Positions 38,669-49,540 of a DNA stretch of 64,000 bases are shown one piece after another. How positions within the stretch are numbered: the stretch's first letter is position 1; each line of letters starts with the position of its first letter. The stretch is from the NCBI GenBank assembly GCA_050012255.1, contig JBEKHN010000001.1, forward strand, positions 288,001 to 352,000, written 5' to 3'. The notes beneath the pieces were generated by a model, which ran no database searches, had not been told where the DNA came from, and was given only the letters and a program-made list of their open reading frames with translations. The DNA comes from Candidatus Bathyarchaeia archaeon. GTDB taxonomy: Archaea > Thermoproteota > Bathyarchaeia > Bathyarchaeales > Bathycorpusculaceae. Both the position numbers and the translations under genes were made by a program.

Positions 38669-41158
38669 TTACCAACTGACTTGAATTGTGCTTTTGGCCC
38701 CGTAGACCGTTAACGTGCCGCTGTTGTAGGTCCAGCCAGCGCCTTCACTTTTTGCTGTTCCATCAACGAGGACGAGTAAGGGCTTAACCCTGCCTCCGAG
38801 GTCGAACGTTGACGTGCAGTTCACTTGTGGGGCCAGGTTTGATGTGTCGATTTTCAATGTGAGAGCGGTTCCGTTCCAACTGAAGCTTCTGATGTCACCT
38901 TGAGTTACGGTGACGAAGTTGTCGCTTCGCAGCCTGTCGAAGTGGCTGAACAGTCCAAGAATGGTTGCAACATAATGATCCGTGGCCCACAAGATTTGGC
39001 GCGCGCCGTATGATTCGCTCCAGGTAAGCGGTTCTATGAGATAACTGCTTGCGTTGACCAGGTAGCCAGCGCCGATGTGAGCCTCACTGTCATACCCGCT
39101 TCCGCTTATTGCCACGATTTTTCCGATGTCAACGTTGTTTCCCCCGTCGGTGAAGTATCCCCACTCCTTCAAGGCCTCAAAATCATCCTTGGTATAATAG
39201 CAGTTTTGTTGTGAAGCCAGTTGCAGGTTGGTTGGCAACGTCCAACTGTAGTAGTATCCGTTGGGATACCAAATGCCTCCCTCATGAAGATTTACGTAGA
39301 CAACGGGTGAGTAGTTGCCCCAGAGCCAGCGCAGGGCCCAAGCCTCCGGTTCGGTCGTGTTTGTGTTCCCTGGTGGGAACTGGCGATTGAGATCCACACC
39401 GTTGGCGTTGTAGCGAACATTGTTAACGTAGCCGTCTGGGTTCACGATCGGGGTAACGATCACGCTTACCTCGCTCAAGCGGTCTTTCCAATAACCGCCT
39501 GCCACGAAGTTGTCTTGTATGACTTCAAGCAGTCTGAGCAGGGACGGTGCCGAGTTTTTCTCGTTGCCGTGGATACAGCCGTCAACCATGATGTATGTGG
39601 AGCCGTTGCCGAATCGGGTTGCGTTTATATCTCTTCCTAAGACTGATTTGCCGATTCTGATCAGTGAAGCGTTCATGCCGGGCGGCGCGTTGGCAACCCA
39701 GCTGCTGAGCCGGCTCATGACTTCGTCGTACGTGAATTCCTGGATACCGTCTGCAAACCAGCGTGCGTATGTTCCGGTCGGAAAGTCTTGCACCATTTTT
39801 ATTGGTGCAAATACGTGCCAGATTCCAGCCCACTCGGTTGTCGGTGTCGTTGCGTCAAGGTCCATCACGTAGAATCCGTTTTGGGGCTGCATACTGTTCG
39901 TGTGGAAATAGGCGATTCTACTTGCGTCGTAGCGGGCAATCACAGTTACGTTGGCAAGAGCTGACAATCCAGAAGCAAGAACGGTTGTCAACTGGCCAAC
40001 ATTGCCCGTCACATTATACATTTCAACTTGGTCTCCGCTGCGGAAGTTTCCGAAATCAGTAACGTACGTGACCAGGCTGGTTGAGACGATCTGGGTGCTG
40101 CCGCTTAGGCTTGGATAAAGCGTGTTGCAGAAGTCGTACATGTGCGCAATGACGATGCGCGTCTGAGCGAACTGCATGATGGCGGTGGCGTTGTAAGCGT
40201 TTGCATGTTTTGTGAAAACGACCAAGCCATCAAAGCGGTCTACGTCTTCGAAACGCGTGACGTCTGATGGTGAAATCGCCCTGAAGCTTATGCTCTGGTT
40301 GCCAAAAAGCCAATAGAAGTTTCTAATAGCTGGGTCTTCGTTAACCGAGCCTATCACCCCGAACGTGTATCGTAGCTGGCCAACGTACTTGGTGCTCATC
40401 ACGGCGCAGTCACTGAGAACCTCAACGTAATGTTGTACGTTTGCTGTGTAGGTCAAACCCACGCGAACGCGACTGACACCTGCACCGTAAAGTGTGGTGT
40501 CGACGTTGGTGATTGCCAGCTGCCGGACCCCGTTGATCCAGGCGATGTATTCTCCCAGCGTGCTGTGTACTCTGATGTAAAATTCGACGCAGTACCACTT
40601 CCCCTCGACTGGATAGATGTTGTCTGTGCTTGCAGAAACGCTTGAACTGCCGTTGAGGCCCACGATGTTGAATCTGTCAACACCATCAGAGCGATAGATG
40701 CGGAAGGTGCATTGAAGCTGGCCGCCAACTTCAAAACCGATCAACCCGAACCTGTCATCAGTGTCGTTAAGCGGCAGCCCATTAGCAATGTAGAAGTAGC
40801 TTCTCGCGTGGACTTCGCTAACTGCAGGCGATATACTTTGATAAACGGTAGCATATTTAGCGCCAGAAGACAAGGCGTCTGTCTGGAAACGCGCAGCGTA
40901 GACACCTTGATAAGGCGTTGTCGACACGACCGTGGCGTTGTCGCCCGTAGTTGTGTAGACGCCGCTCCAAGCCCCGAAGCCGCCGCTTTCAAATTCGTCT
41001 TGAAAGAGAACTTGAGCTGCTGGCGGATTATAAATCGAGCCGCTGGAAGGTATGAGGAAAGTATTCTGTAGGCTGAGACTCGCTCCAATGAGGGAAACGA
41101 CTAGGAGAATGACTAGGAAAGCGATTACTCCTTTGTCTCTTGAAAAACGAAGCCTCAA
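38669..41158 (-). CDS. Secreted M14 zinc carboxypeptidase with N-terminal lectin/lyase-like domain
   Basis: CIHGNE, NPDG, RYNANGVDLNRQF, EPE, VNLHE; N-terminal TM/signal; LFQDEFESG...WYCVEFY domain. Confidence 0.85.
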   Translation of the reverse strand: MRLRFSRDKGVIAFLVILLVVSLIGASLSLQNTFLIPSSGSIYNPPAAQVLFQDEFESGGFGAWSGVYTTTGDNATVVSTTPYQGVYAARFQTDALSSGAKYATVYQSISPAVSEVHARSYFYIANGLPLNDTDDRFGLIGFEVGGQLQCTFRIYRSDGVDRFNIVGLNGSSSVSASTDNIYPVEGKWYCVEFYIRVHSTLGEYIAWINGVRQLAITNVDTTLYGAGVSRVRVGLTYTANVQHYVEVLSDCAVMSTKYVGQLRYTFGVIGSVNEDPAIRNFYWLFGNQSISFRAISPSDVTRFEDVDRFDGLVVFTKHANAYNATAIMQFAQTRIVIAHMYDFCNTLYPSLSGSTQIVSTSLVTYVTDFGNFRSGDQVEMYNVTGNVGQLTTVLASGLSALANVTVIARYDASRIAYFHTNSMQPQNGFYVMDLDATTPTTEWAGIWHVFAPIKMVQDFPTGTYARWFADGIQEFTYDEVMSRLSSWVANAPPGMNASLIRIGKSVLGRDINATRFGNGSTYIMVDGCIHGNEKNSAPSLLRLLEVIQDNFVAGGYWKDRLSEVSVIVTPIVNPDGYVNNVRYNANGVDLNRQFPPGNTNTTEPEAWALRWLWGNYSPVVYVNLHEGGIWYPNGYYYSWTLPTNLQLASQQNCYYTKDDFEALKEWGYFTDGGNNVDIGKIVAISGSGYDSEAHIGAGYLVNASSYLIEPLTWSESYGARQILWATDHYVATILGLFSHFDRLRSDNFVTVTQGDIRSFSWNGTALTLKIDTSNLAPQVNCTSTFDLGGRVKPLLVLVDGTAKSEGAGWTYNSGTLTVYGAKSTIQVSW

Positions 41159-41339
41159 GCGATCACCTGGTCATACTGCATTGTGTTTGTCGATGTTTTT
41201 ATGAGTCGCGGTATATGCTATATTGCTAATTAATAAACGATTCTGCGTTAGTGTTCAACACACATACACAAAATCGGCAACAAGCATGTGGTAGAGTGTC
41301 CACTGGACGTTCAGTGTCGAAATGCTCGGTTTGGTCGCT

Positions 41340-42422
41340 ATGAAGATCCTGCAGGTTTGTCCCGACACGTATTCCGAATTGGGCGGAGTCACCGTTCACG
41401 TGAGAAACATAGCCGAAAGGCTCGCCAGAAGACATGACGTGACAGTCTTTGCCGTGGCAAATCATGAGCTTCCAAGGTTTGAGGTGAAAAATGGCGTAAG
41501 AGTGGAGCGGTTTAGATGTTACGCGCCGAGCAACGCTTACTTTTTCTCTTGGGAGATTCCTCTGGAGATGCGCAGAGTCCAGTTCGACGTCGTTCATGGG
41601 CACGGATACCATGCCTTCCCACTTCACTATTCGGCTCTAGCAAAACGCGGCAAGTTTGTTGCAACGCCACATTTCCATGGCGCAGGGCACACGCCGCTCA
41701 GAGACTGTCTGATTAGACTGTTCAAGCCCTTCGGCGCAAGAACCCTTGAAAGGGCTGAAAAGATAATTGCGGTGTCCGAGTTTGAGAAGGCACTGCTGCA
41801 TAGGCAGTTCAAAATCGACGATGACAAGGTTTTGGTGATACCTAACGGGGTTGATCACGGAGAGTTTTCGAATCTGCAGAAAAGGGAACCAGAAGCTAAA
41901 TCCATCTTGTACGTCGGCTTCCTAACGGCATTCAAGGGCCCTCAATACCTGGTGGAGGTTCTGCCACGCTTGGCGGAAGACGTGGTCTTGGAGATTGTTG
42001 GGAGAGGGCCGCTTAGGCCTTTCCTAGAGAAACGTGCGCGCGAGCTGAGAGTTTATGACAGAGTCAGGTTCTATGAGAACTTATCGAGACACGAGCTTTT
42101 GGAAAGGTTTGCTGAGGCAAGCGTGTTTGCAATGTTGTCTACGTTTGAAGCATACTCCATTGTTGTGGCTGAGGCCTTGACTGCTGGAACACCCTGTGTA
42201 GTTGCTAACACTTCTGCTCTAAGCGAGTGGGTCGACAACGAAACGTGTTTTGGAGTCGACTATCCCATAGACCTGAATCAATTGGCGAAACAGGTCAATC
42301 GCGTCCTTGAAAATGGAGTGGATACCACAGCGATGAGGAAGTGGATTGGCACTAAGATACTGGACTGGAACGATGTCGTAGGCCGACTGGAAAACGTCTA
42401 TGAAAGAATAGCTGAGGAGTAG
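41340..42422 (+). CDS. Glycosyltransferase family 4
   Basis: GGVTVHV, VIPNGVD, EAYSIVVAEAL. Confidence 0.92.
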   Translation: MKILQVCPDTYSELGGVTVHVRNIAERLARRHDVTVFAVANHELPRFEVKNGVRVERFRCYAPSNAYFFSWEIPLEMRRVQFDVVHGHGYHAFPLHYSALAKRGKFVATPHFHGAGHTPLRDCLIRLFKPFGARTLERAEKIIAVSEFEKALLHRQFKIDDDKVLVIPNGVDHGEFSNLQKREPEAKSILYVGFLTAFKGPQYLVEVLPRLAEDVVLEIVGRGPLRPFLEKRARELRVYDRVRFYENLSRHELLERFAEASVFAMLSTFEAYSIVVAEALTAGTPCVVANTSALSEWVDNETCFGVDYPIDLNQLAKQVNRVLENGVDTTAMRKWIGTKILDWNDVVGRLENVYERIAEE

Positions 42423-42426
42423 ATTT

Positions 42427-43647
42427 TTGAACATTCTGTTCCTAAGTGAATTCTTTTATCCTCACGGAGGCGGCGCTGAATTCGCCACCTATTTGTACGC
42501 CAAACTCTTGAGCAAATCAGGGTTCAACGTTGTCGTTGTCACGAACCGATTTGCAGGAGAAAAAGAAAGCTCAAAACGCGGGAATCTAACAATACATAGA
42601 CTGCCTCTTTTTAAGAGCGGCAGTGGAGTCAAATACCCAATCCTGACTAGGATTGATGTTCTGTTTTCTAATTATATGAGGAAACTGTTGAAATGGGCAT
42701 CTCTCGTTTATATTCCGAAGTCATGGTACTCTATGATACCTCTGGCGAAAGTTTACAGAAAACCTGTCATTGTTCATGTTCATGATTACAGCCCGATTTG
42801 TCCCCTGGCAATACTTTACAGTTCATCGAATCGTACAGTATGCCAAAACAGGAAAGCATGTTCTGCCCGATGCATTTATCAGTTTGAAATGGACAAAAAA
42901 AGCAGCTTCAAAGATTCTGCTTTGTCTTTGTCGCTCAATTTGTTCGCTAGGTTGCCGATTCAGAAATTCGTTGAACAAGCTGAGGCTATCGTATGCGTTT
43001 CAAAGGCACAACAAAAGATCTTGACTGAAAGCATGCCGCTAATAAGTCACAAGACACACGTGGTCTATAATCCAATGCCGAACATTTCACCAGTGGAGGT
43101 TGACGGAGACGATTTTGGATACCTGGGCGGATTCAGTCTGCTGAAGGGTTTTAATGTGCTGTGCAAGTCTTTATCCTTGGTCAATACTCATTCGTTCAAG
43201 GTTCACGTAACAGGAACTTCGATAACGCGCGAGATTGGGAGTGAACGTGCCAGACTGGAGTTCTTCAACCGGCTTGGCATCGTTCTTCACGAAAGGATGA
43301 AACATTCTGGTCAGGAGAATTTCTACAGACAGATCAAAGGAGTGATATTCCCGTCAATAGTTCCAGAACCCTTGCCCTACGTCACCGCTGAGGCTATCCT
43401 GAGGGGAAGATTGTTGATTGCCTCAAGGACAGGCGGAATTCCGGAGCAGGTCAAAGGCTGCAAAGGAGCGTTCCTGTTCGAGGCGGGCAACTACAACGAG
43501 TTGGCTGAAATTCTCGGTTATGCCAAGAACCTGGACAGAAACACGGTCTTGGAGTTAGGCTACCATGACAGAGACGTTTTTCGCAGAACGTTCAACAACG
43601 AAAAAACGCTCGCCGATTTCGAGAAGATAATTAGCAGTTTGACATGA
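42427..43647 (+). CDS. Glycosyltransferase family 4
   Basis: GGGAE, HVHDYSPICP, KGF, PEPLPYVTAEA, GGIPE. Confidence 0.88.
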   Translation: MNILFLSEFFYPHGGGAEFATYLYAKLLSKSGFNVVVVTNRFAGEKESSKRGNLTIHRLPLFKSGSGVKYPILTRIDVLFSNYMRKLLKWASLVYIPKSWYSMIPLAKVYRKPVIVHVHDYSPICPLAILYSSSNRTVCQNRKACSARCIYQFEMDKKSSFKDSALSLSLNLFARLPIQKFVEQAEAIVCVSKAQQKILTESMPLISHKTHVVYNPMPNISPVEVDGDDFGYLGGFSLLKGFNVLCKSLSLVNTHSFKVHVTGTSITREIGSERARLEFFNRLGIVLHERMKHSGQENFYRQIKGVIFPSIVPEPLPYVTAEAILRGRLLIASRTGGIPEQVKGCKGAFLFEAGNYNELAEILGYAKNLDRNTVLELGYHDRDVFRRTFNNEKTLADFEKIISSLT

Positions 43648-43717
43648 AGACAGCACATTTGAGCGCGTGCTATTCATTCGATACGCACACTAGCCTTATA
43701 TTGCAGAACTAGGCAGG

Positions 43718-43972
43718 ATGTTCAGCATGAAAAAGGTTTTTGGCAAGAATATTCTAGTAGCAAAAGTTGTTGGCGAGGTGCTGTTCTTGTATGGATTTCT
43801 TGGTTGGGGCTTCGGAGTGCTAGTGGCATTGGTTCGTCCGCAATGGTTGCAATGGAGTCTGTCTCATCTGACACCGTGGCTAAGGCTGGACACCTTCACG
43901 ATTGTGTCTTTCATCGTTAGCGCCGTCGGATTTTTCATGTGGAGTTTTACCAAAGAATTAAGGTCGAGTTAG
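43718..43972 (+). CDS. Small two-TM membrane protein
   Basis: 84-aa ORF with two hydrophobic segments; TATA-like TTATAT upstream. Confidence 0.7.
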   Translation: MFSMKKVFGKNILVAKVVGEVLFLYGFLGWGFGVLVALVRPQWLQWSLSHLTPWLRLDTFTIVSFIVSAVGFFMWSFTKELRSS

Positions 43973-44174
43973 CGCGAGTTTTCACTTCAATTGTCTCAAA
44001 ATCGGTCTTAATCGAGGCTCAAAGCTTGAAACGCCTTGAGGCGTCTTGCCAAAGGGCTCACAAGTTAGTCTTGAGGTGTCTTGAAAGCATGTCCTTTTTG
44101 TGCTTCAAGGGGATCGATACTCGTCCAACGGTTTGTGTGGTGAATGTCCACTTAGGAAAGCAAACGGTGTTGAA

Positions 44175-44897
44175 ATGAAGGTCTATAGAATTCCGACCTT
44201 AATTCACTTTTTCGGACCTGATGGTTCAGGCAAGTCTACTCACGTTGACATATTGCTGAATCTGCTGAAGGAGCAAGAACCGCGAGTTAAGAAAATCTGG
44301 CTTCGATCTCCTCACACAGTAGCTTTCTTGCTATGGCGTTTGTTTATCAAAGTGGGTTTTTACCGCGTTGTCTCAAACCCGTTTGGTGACCCTGTCAGAC
44401 TCCCAGCGGTCAATCGAAAAGGATCGCTTCGAACTCTCTGGGCCTTAGTCGAATTCTTCAGCGTCTTGCCCTTGATCGCGCGCATTCGTTTTTTGATGTT
44501 GAGAGGCTATAAATGCATTGCCGAGAGATACGTTCTCGACACGATTGTAACGGTTGCGTACTTCATAGGAGACATGAACTTCTTGACTAGCAGAATTTCG
44601 AGCCTGCTCTTTCGTTTCATCCCCCCTGACACCTTGTTCATCTTTCTAGATTCGGATTATGGAACAGTGTTCAGAAGGCGCGCACACTTGCGTGGTAAGA
44701 AGAGGTTACGCCGGAACGATGGAAACTACGGTAGTCTTCCCAGAGCTGCTGTTGAACCACAAGAATTCATCAACTTCCAGAGAAACGCCTACAAGATACT
44801 GTCAAAATCGTTCCATGCGACAGAGATCGATACGTCTTCACGTACAATAAAAGAAACATCCAACGAGATACAGAAACTACTGGAAAGTCAGGCATGA
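44175..44897 (+). CDS. Thymidylate kinase-like P-loop protein
   Basis: GPDGSGKST, AERYVLD. Confidence 0.8.
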   Translation: MKVYRIPTLIHFFGPDGSGKSTHVDILLNLLKEQEPRVKKIWLRSPHTVAFLLWRLFIKVGFYRVVSNPFGDPVRLPAVNRKGSLRTLWALVEFFSVLPLIARIRFLMLRGYKCIAERYVLDTIVTVAYFIGDMNFLTSRISSLLFRFIPPDTLFIFLDSDYGTVFRRRAHLRGKKRLRRNDGNYGSLPRAAVEPQEFINFQRNAYKILSKSFHATEIDTSSRTIKETSNEIQKLLESQA

Positions 44898-44988
44898 AGT
44901 CTCTGGTGAAATGAGTGGCGAGCGCAAAATCCACGTGATTTAGAGATCGCGCATGTAGTGCAATGTGAACCTTCCGCTCGCCTTGTTT

Positions 44989-46011
44989 CTAGTAGGTTTC
45001 CCGAAATGCGTGGTCCACAAGTTTTCTAAAAAAATCATTTGCAAATTTAGCATCAAACATGTTAGACAATTGTTTTGCCAAGCTCCTTCTTGTTTCGTTT
45101 TGTTTCATCATTTCTATTAGGGATTTGCCGATTGTGATGGGGTGGTACTTGTGTGGCGTCTCAAATTCCTCTCTCTGGAGTCTTGCAGCTTCAAAATCCT
45201 CTTCGCCAATTGTGTCAAGAATCTTCTTGAGAGTATCAGGGACAGTTGCATGCGCGGTACAGTGCAAAAAGGCGGTAATAGCCGCGTGCGTCTTGGTTGC
45301 ATGTTTGATGTTGCATTTCTCCGCTGTTCGGACAAAATTTTCCACGTCGATCTGTTTCAGATAATAGATGAATGTGTAGTATTCTGCGAGCGTGTACATT
45401 TGTTCTTTTACTATTGAGTGAGCGATTATGCATATTAAGTCAGCTTCGGGTTTTAAGGTTTTTACAGGTCTGTTGTTCGTCAATTTTTTCTCTATAATGG
45501 AGTCTATGAGCTTACGTTTGTCTATGTAGGTTATTGAGCTTACAGCAATTTGATCATACAAGTCAATTCCTATGCCGTTGTCTCGATCCCATATTGTTGT
45601 TGACATTGGTCCTTGCACCACTAAACTGTATCCTGCTTCTTGCATCGTCTCCACAGCCTTTGCGTATCCTGCGAAAACGATCACGTCTATGTCAACTGTT
45701 GTGGATCTGTAAGGTCTAATGGTCTTGAAGACCGCGTGCTCAATGTGCGTCTCCGATAAGATGCGTGAGACCCTGGAAATTGAGTTATCTATTCTCAAGC
45801 GTTTGATGTTTTCGCTTTCATGGATGGAGGAAAAAGTGCTCACACGGTTTCGCGGGTTCATCGTTTGCAGCCTGTCCAGATAGTAAAAAAGCATCCTGTT
45901 TTTTTCCGAGAGCTGATAAAGTCTTATCAATTCCATCTTGGTAAATGTCCTGACCGTTGGCGACGCAAATGGAGACCCTAGTAGTTGCAGAAGCTCGACC
46001 GTTGAGTTCAT
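44989..46011 (-). CDS. Nucleotidyltransferase family protein (NTP_transf_5-like)
   Basis: VFKTIRPYRSTTVDIDVIV, IDLY, AHSIVKE. Confidence 0.75.
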   Translation of the reverse strand: MNSTVELLQLLGSPFASPTVRTFTKMELIRLYQLSEKNRMLFYYLDRLQTMNPRNRVSTFSSIHESENIKRLRIDNSISRVSRILSETHIEHAVFKTIRPYRSTTVDIDVIVFAGYAKAVETMQEAGYSLVVQGPMSTTIWDRDNGIGIDLYDQIAVSSITYIDKRKLIDSIIEKKLTNNRPVKTLKPEADLICIIAHSIVKEQMYTLAEYYTFIYYLKQIDVENFVRTAEKCNIKHATKTHAAITAFLHCTAHATVPDTLKKILDTIGEEDFEAARLQREEFETPHKYHPITIGKSLIEMMKQNETRRSLAKQLSNMFDAKFANDFFRKLVDHAFRETY

Positions 46012-46123
46012 TTATCTCATCTTTGATTATCCACCTGTTGGTACAATCAAGTATTAGTATTATGCTCTCGAGCGCGCCACTCGAAGAGCCATAACCATAT
46101 ACTTTATACAAAACGTTTATGAA

Positions 46124-46669
46124 ATGGTCGAGGAAGGGAGTCTGATGAAATATTCCGTCAAGTTTCTTATCAGGCTGTGTGTTTTGTGGGCGACAGTATT
46201 CATTGCCCTTGATTTGGGAATTATCCGGGTCCCTTCAGTTGTTGCAAGCGATAACACTTCTTTGAAGGTTGGTGAAGCTGATGATGCCTTGCAGAGGGCT
46301 TTTATGGCTGTTTCGGAAGCTGAGAATGCCGGGGCGAACGTTTCCAGTCTGTTGGTTCAGCTAGAAGAAGCAGGTCAAATCTTGGTAGAAGCCAAATTGG
46401 CTTACAACAACGCTAATTTCAATGAAGCTACTGGTGCAGCTGACGAGTGTTCCGTATTAGCGAGTAGCGTCATAAATCAGGCTTCAACTCTGGAAAGTTC
46501 AGCTTTGATCAGTACTCGTGTCCTGTTGTGGCAAATGATTGCATTCGCTGCAGTTGGAGGATTCGTCTTCGCAATAGTCTTGTTGATGATTTGGGTTAGA
46601 TTCAGGAAGCACTACGTAAAGAACTTGAACAGCAAGAAGCCAAGGGTTGAGTTCGATGCTGAAGCTTAA
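46124..46669 (+). CDS. Membrane-anchored helical protein
   Basis: Signal peptide, AFMAVSEAENAGANVSSL, C-terminal TM. Confidence 0.75.
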   Translation: MVEEGSLMKYSVKFLIRLCVLWATVFIALDLGIIRVPSVVASDNTSLKVGEADDALQRAFMAVSEAENAGANVSSLLVQLEEAGQILVEAKLAYNNANFNEATGAADECSVLASSVINQASTLESSALISTRVLLWQMIAFAAVGGFVFAIVLLMIWVRFRKHYVKNLNSKKPRVEFDAEA

Positions 46670-47264
46670 ACACTACAAAGCGATCTTTGCGATCACGGGC
46701 TTGGTCGGCATCCTTTTGTTTGCTTCTCCAACGTTGAGTCTTGTGTTACACCTTCCTGGCGGAGAGAAGTTCTCTGAACTCTGGATTTTGGGACCTACGC
46801 ACGTGGCCGGAGATGTTCCTTTCAACGTTAGAGCTAATGAAACATACACGATTTATCTGGGCGTTGGCAATTACATGGAATCTTCAGCCTACTATATTGT
46901 TGAGGTGAAGTTTAGAAATCAAACTGACCCTTTTCCGGATCCGTTGAGCAAGACGCCAAACACTCTTAATCCCATCTTTGAGTATCGCGTTTTCCTAGGC
47001 GACAACGATGTCTGGGAGAGAGAAATTGCGTTTTCCTTCGAAAATGTTTCATTCAAGAACAATACGAGCACAATCTCCAGCATAGTCATAGATGGACACG
47101 CATTACACGTTGACAAAGATGTTGCGTGGGATCAGACCAACAATGGCTTTAATTACGAATTGTTCTTTGAACTGTGGCTATACAATGCTCCGGCATCGAG
47201 TTTTCAATACAATGATAGAGTAGTAGGACTGCAGTTCAACATGACTGACAATAAGACGCTTTAG
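46656..47264 (+). CDS. DUF1616-like membrane protein
   Basis: EKFSELWILGP...PFNV...IYLGVGN...LFFELWLYN. Confidence 0.75.
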   Translation: MLKLKHYKAIFAITGLVGILLFASPTLSLVLHLPGGEKFSELWILGPTHVAGDVPFNVRANETYTIYLGVGNYMESSAYYIVEVKFRNQTDPFPDPLSKTPNTLNPIFEYRVFLGDNDVWEREIAFSFENVSFKNNTSTISSIVIDGHALHVDKDVAWDQTNNGFNYELFFELWLYNAPASSFQYNDRVVGLQFNMTDNKTL

Positions 47265-47285
47265 GCGAGGGGGTGTTATGGGAAG

Positions 47286-49016
47286 ATGGACAAGTCAAAT
47301 GACGATCGACGGTCACGAAAGGTACAGTTGTTAGTAGTTGCGTTTTTTGTGTTCTTGGTTCTCCTAGTTGTCCAGGTTTTTCTGAGCACGAAGGACAGTA
47401 CTGACTCTTGGATCTTGGAGGGTCTTGTTCCGTACTTTATTCTGGTTACTCTAACCTATAGTGCAATTGTGTCCTATTCTTCAAACATGAAACTAATAGC
47501 TTTGATTAGTGGTTTTTATCTTGTTGCATTGAACGTTATACCAACTCTAAAATACGTTTTTGTCTATGGTTATCATGATCCGTTGGATCATTTTGGTTCT
47601 ATCCAACAAACGATAGCAGCAGGGCATATGTCCGAGGTAGGTGTTTACAGTGAGCAATATGGAGCTGCGCCCGGGCTGCATCTCCTAGTATCGGAATTGT
47701 CAATGGTGACTGGTTCGAATGCGCTTTTTGCCTTCAAATTATTCCTGGTGGTTTCTCCTTTCATTTTACCACTTGTCGTCTATCTTGTAATGAAGAGGTT
47801 GGACGCGCCCAACGGGCTTGTAAAGGCGGCTCTGTTTGCTAGCGTGATAACCGCACCAGTAACGTACATTTATACAGGCACAACTTCCGTCTATCCTCTT
47901 TATGAGATGTTCATTTGCTTTTGCTTGCTCTTCTTCTCCTTCGGACCACGTTCGCGTTCAGAATTTGTTACTGCGTTTGTGATAGGGGTAGGAATAGTGG
48001 TGTCGCATGATTCAACTTCCTTCTTTTTGTTGGTGATCGTGTCCTCGACTATGTTATTTATCATATTGGCGAGAAGAATCGGGATTTTTAAGAGAATTCC
48101 AAATCTGTCGATTCTCTTTGCTATGAGCTTTGGGACTCTCGTACTTGCGCATTTCACTTTTACTTCCAGCACTGGTAATCTCACAAGACTTTTGTCTCTG
48201 ATGGATCAGATGATTGTGAGGACACTGTTTGGGCACCAATTGGCGGCTGTCAGCTATTATCAAGGTTTTTTCAGTCTAGGTTTAATTGACAGGATAAAAA
48301 TTTTCTTGATTACTTACGGAAATGTTGCTATCCTACTCTTACTTGTTGCTGCGGCTCCTTTTGCGTTGTACAAACTTCGTAGAGCGAATGTGAAACTGCG
48401 CGGATTCTACTATAACATGATCTTTCCAGCCTTGCTGGCTTTCTTGTCATTTGCTCTGTATCTTTTTGTTAGCGGCGCTCCAGATAGAGGATTGATTTAT
48501 TTTGCTGCCTTTGCACCATTCCTTGCTGGATTAACAATATACTACCTATTTTTCTCAAGGAGATATCGCTTCGATAATCTGGTCGTGACAATCGTCGTTT
48601 TCTCTTTGATCTGCGCATGCGTTCTATCTACATTCCCTGTTCAGCCCTTGATGCCAACCGTTTCTACAACACAGGGGAGTTATTATGCTTATGACTTGAG
48701 ACAAGTCAACACCGTATATGATCGATCGCTAGTTCTGTTTGTGAGCGCACATAACTCAAGCCTAAGTATATGGACAGACGATATTCTGAGGGATCTAACA
48801 CTCGCCTTAACGAACTCAGATTTTCAGTCTTTACTTACCTCGAACCCAGAGAAAGCTGCATTGTTGCTTCTTTCAGTATCCCATGCCATTCCATCAGGCA
48901 GAAATGCGTTTAGCAATGAGCAATACATCCAGAACGCCTCGCTACAGGATGATATCCTATATTCGAATGGTCTTTCATTTGCGATGTTGAACACGAGCAA
49001 CACTGCATTCCCATAG
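47286..49016 (+). CDS. Multi-pass membrane protein (GT-C/polymerase-like)
   Basis: More than 10 TM helices; YHDPLDH, PGLH and SHDST motifs. Confidence 0.7.
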   Translation: MDKSNDDRRSRKVQLLVVAFFVFLVLLVVQVFLSTKDSTDSWILEGLVPYFILVTLTYSAIVSYSSNMKLIALISGFYLVALNVIPTLKYVFVYGYHDPLDHFGSIQQTIAAGHMSEVGVYSEQYGAAPGLHLLVSELSMVTGSNALFAFKLFLVVSPFILPLVVYLVMKRLDAPNGLVKAALFASVITAPVTYIYTGTTSVYPLYEMFICFCLLFFSFGPRSRSEFVTAFVIGVGIVVSHDSTSFFLLVIVSSTMLFIILARRIGIFKRIPNLSILFAMSFGTLVLAHFTFTSSTGNLTRLLSLMDQMIVRTLFGHQLAAVSYYQGFFSLGLIDRIKIFLITYGNVAILLLLVAAAPFALYKLRRANVKLRGFYYNMIFPALLAFLSFALYLFVSGAPDRGLIYFAAFAPFLAGLTIYYLFFSRRYRFDNLVVTIVVFSLICACVLSTFPVQPLMPTVSTTQGSYYAYDLRQVNTVYDRSLVLFVSAHNSSLSIWTDDILRDLTLALTNSDFQSLLTSNPEKAALLLLSVSHAIPSGRNAFSNEQYIQNASLQDDILYSNGLSFAMLNTSNTAFP

Positions 49017-49370
49017 ATTTTGAGATGGTTAACTAGCGCGTTTGAATTCTAGTTCAGACATGGTATAACGCTTGCATGAAGAATTCAGAAAAAATAATAA
49101 TGTTTCATTGGTGAACGCGTCGATCCGTTAAACGACGTCCTCAAAATGCTCGCCCGCTCAGCAGTAAAGGATTTGACAGAGGTGATACATTTCTGATATA
49201 ACAAGAGGTTTTTGTGCTCATGCGCGCGGGCAGATTAAATAATTGTTTTTAATGGGAGAGCCCGGTCTCCTCTTATTGGTTAGAATGAAGCGCGCGCGAC
49301 CGACATCCCGATGACGGAATTACTATTACTTAATTTCACCCCCTTTTAAAGAGCGCGATATCCATTCAGC

Positions 49371-49540
49371 GACCTTAGAACCCTTAGAAACACACCTTAA
49401 ACAACATTTAGGGTCTCTAACGCGTTTAAGCGGGTTTTTTAAGGCGTTTAACGCAAATCCAAGGTCGGTCAACATACATTTCCTAAGGCGTTTAACGCAA
49501 ATCCAACACCGAACTCAAGGACCTTAAAAACCTTAAATCC
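49371..49540. repeat. Non-coding repeat cluster: TAAGGCGTTTAACGCAAATCCAA x2 (49440, 49484) flanked by GACCTTA..CCTTA units
   Basis: Read directly from the sequence. Confidence 0.8.

Noticed and set aside
49371-49540. Possible CRISPR mini-array
   Set aside because: Only two 23-bp repeats with a 21-bp spacer, and no cas genes in the window.
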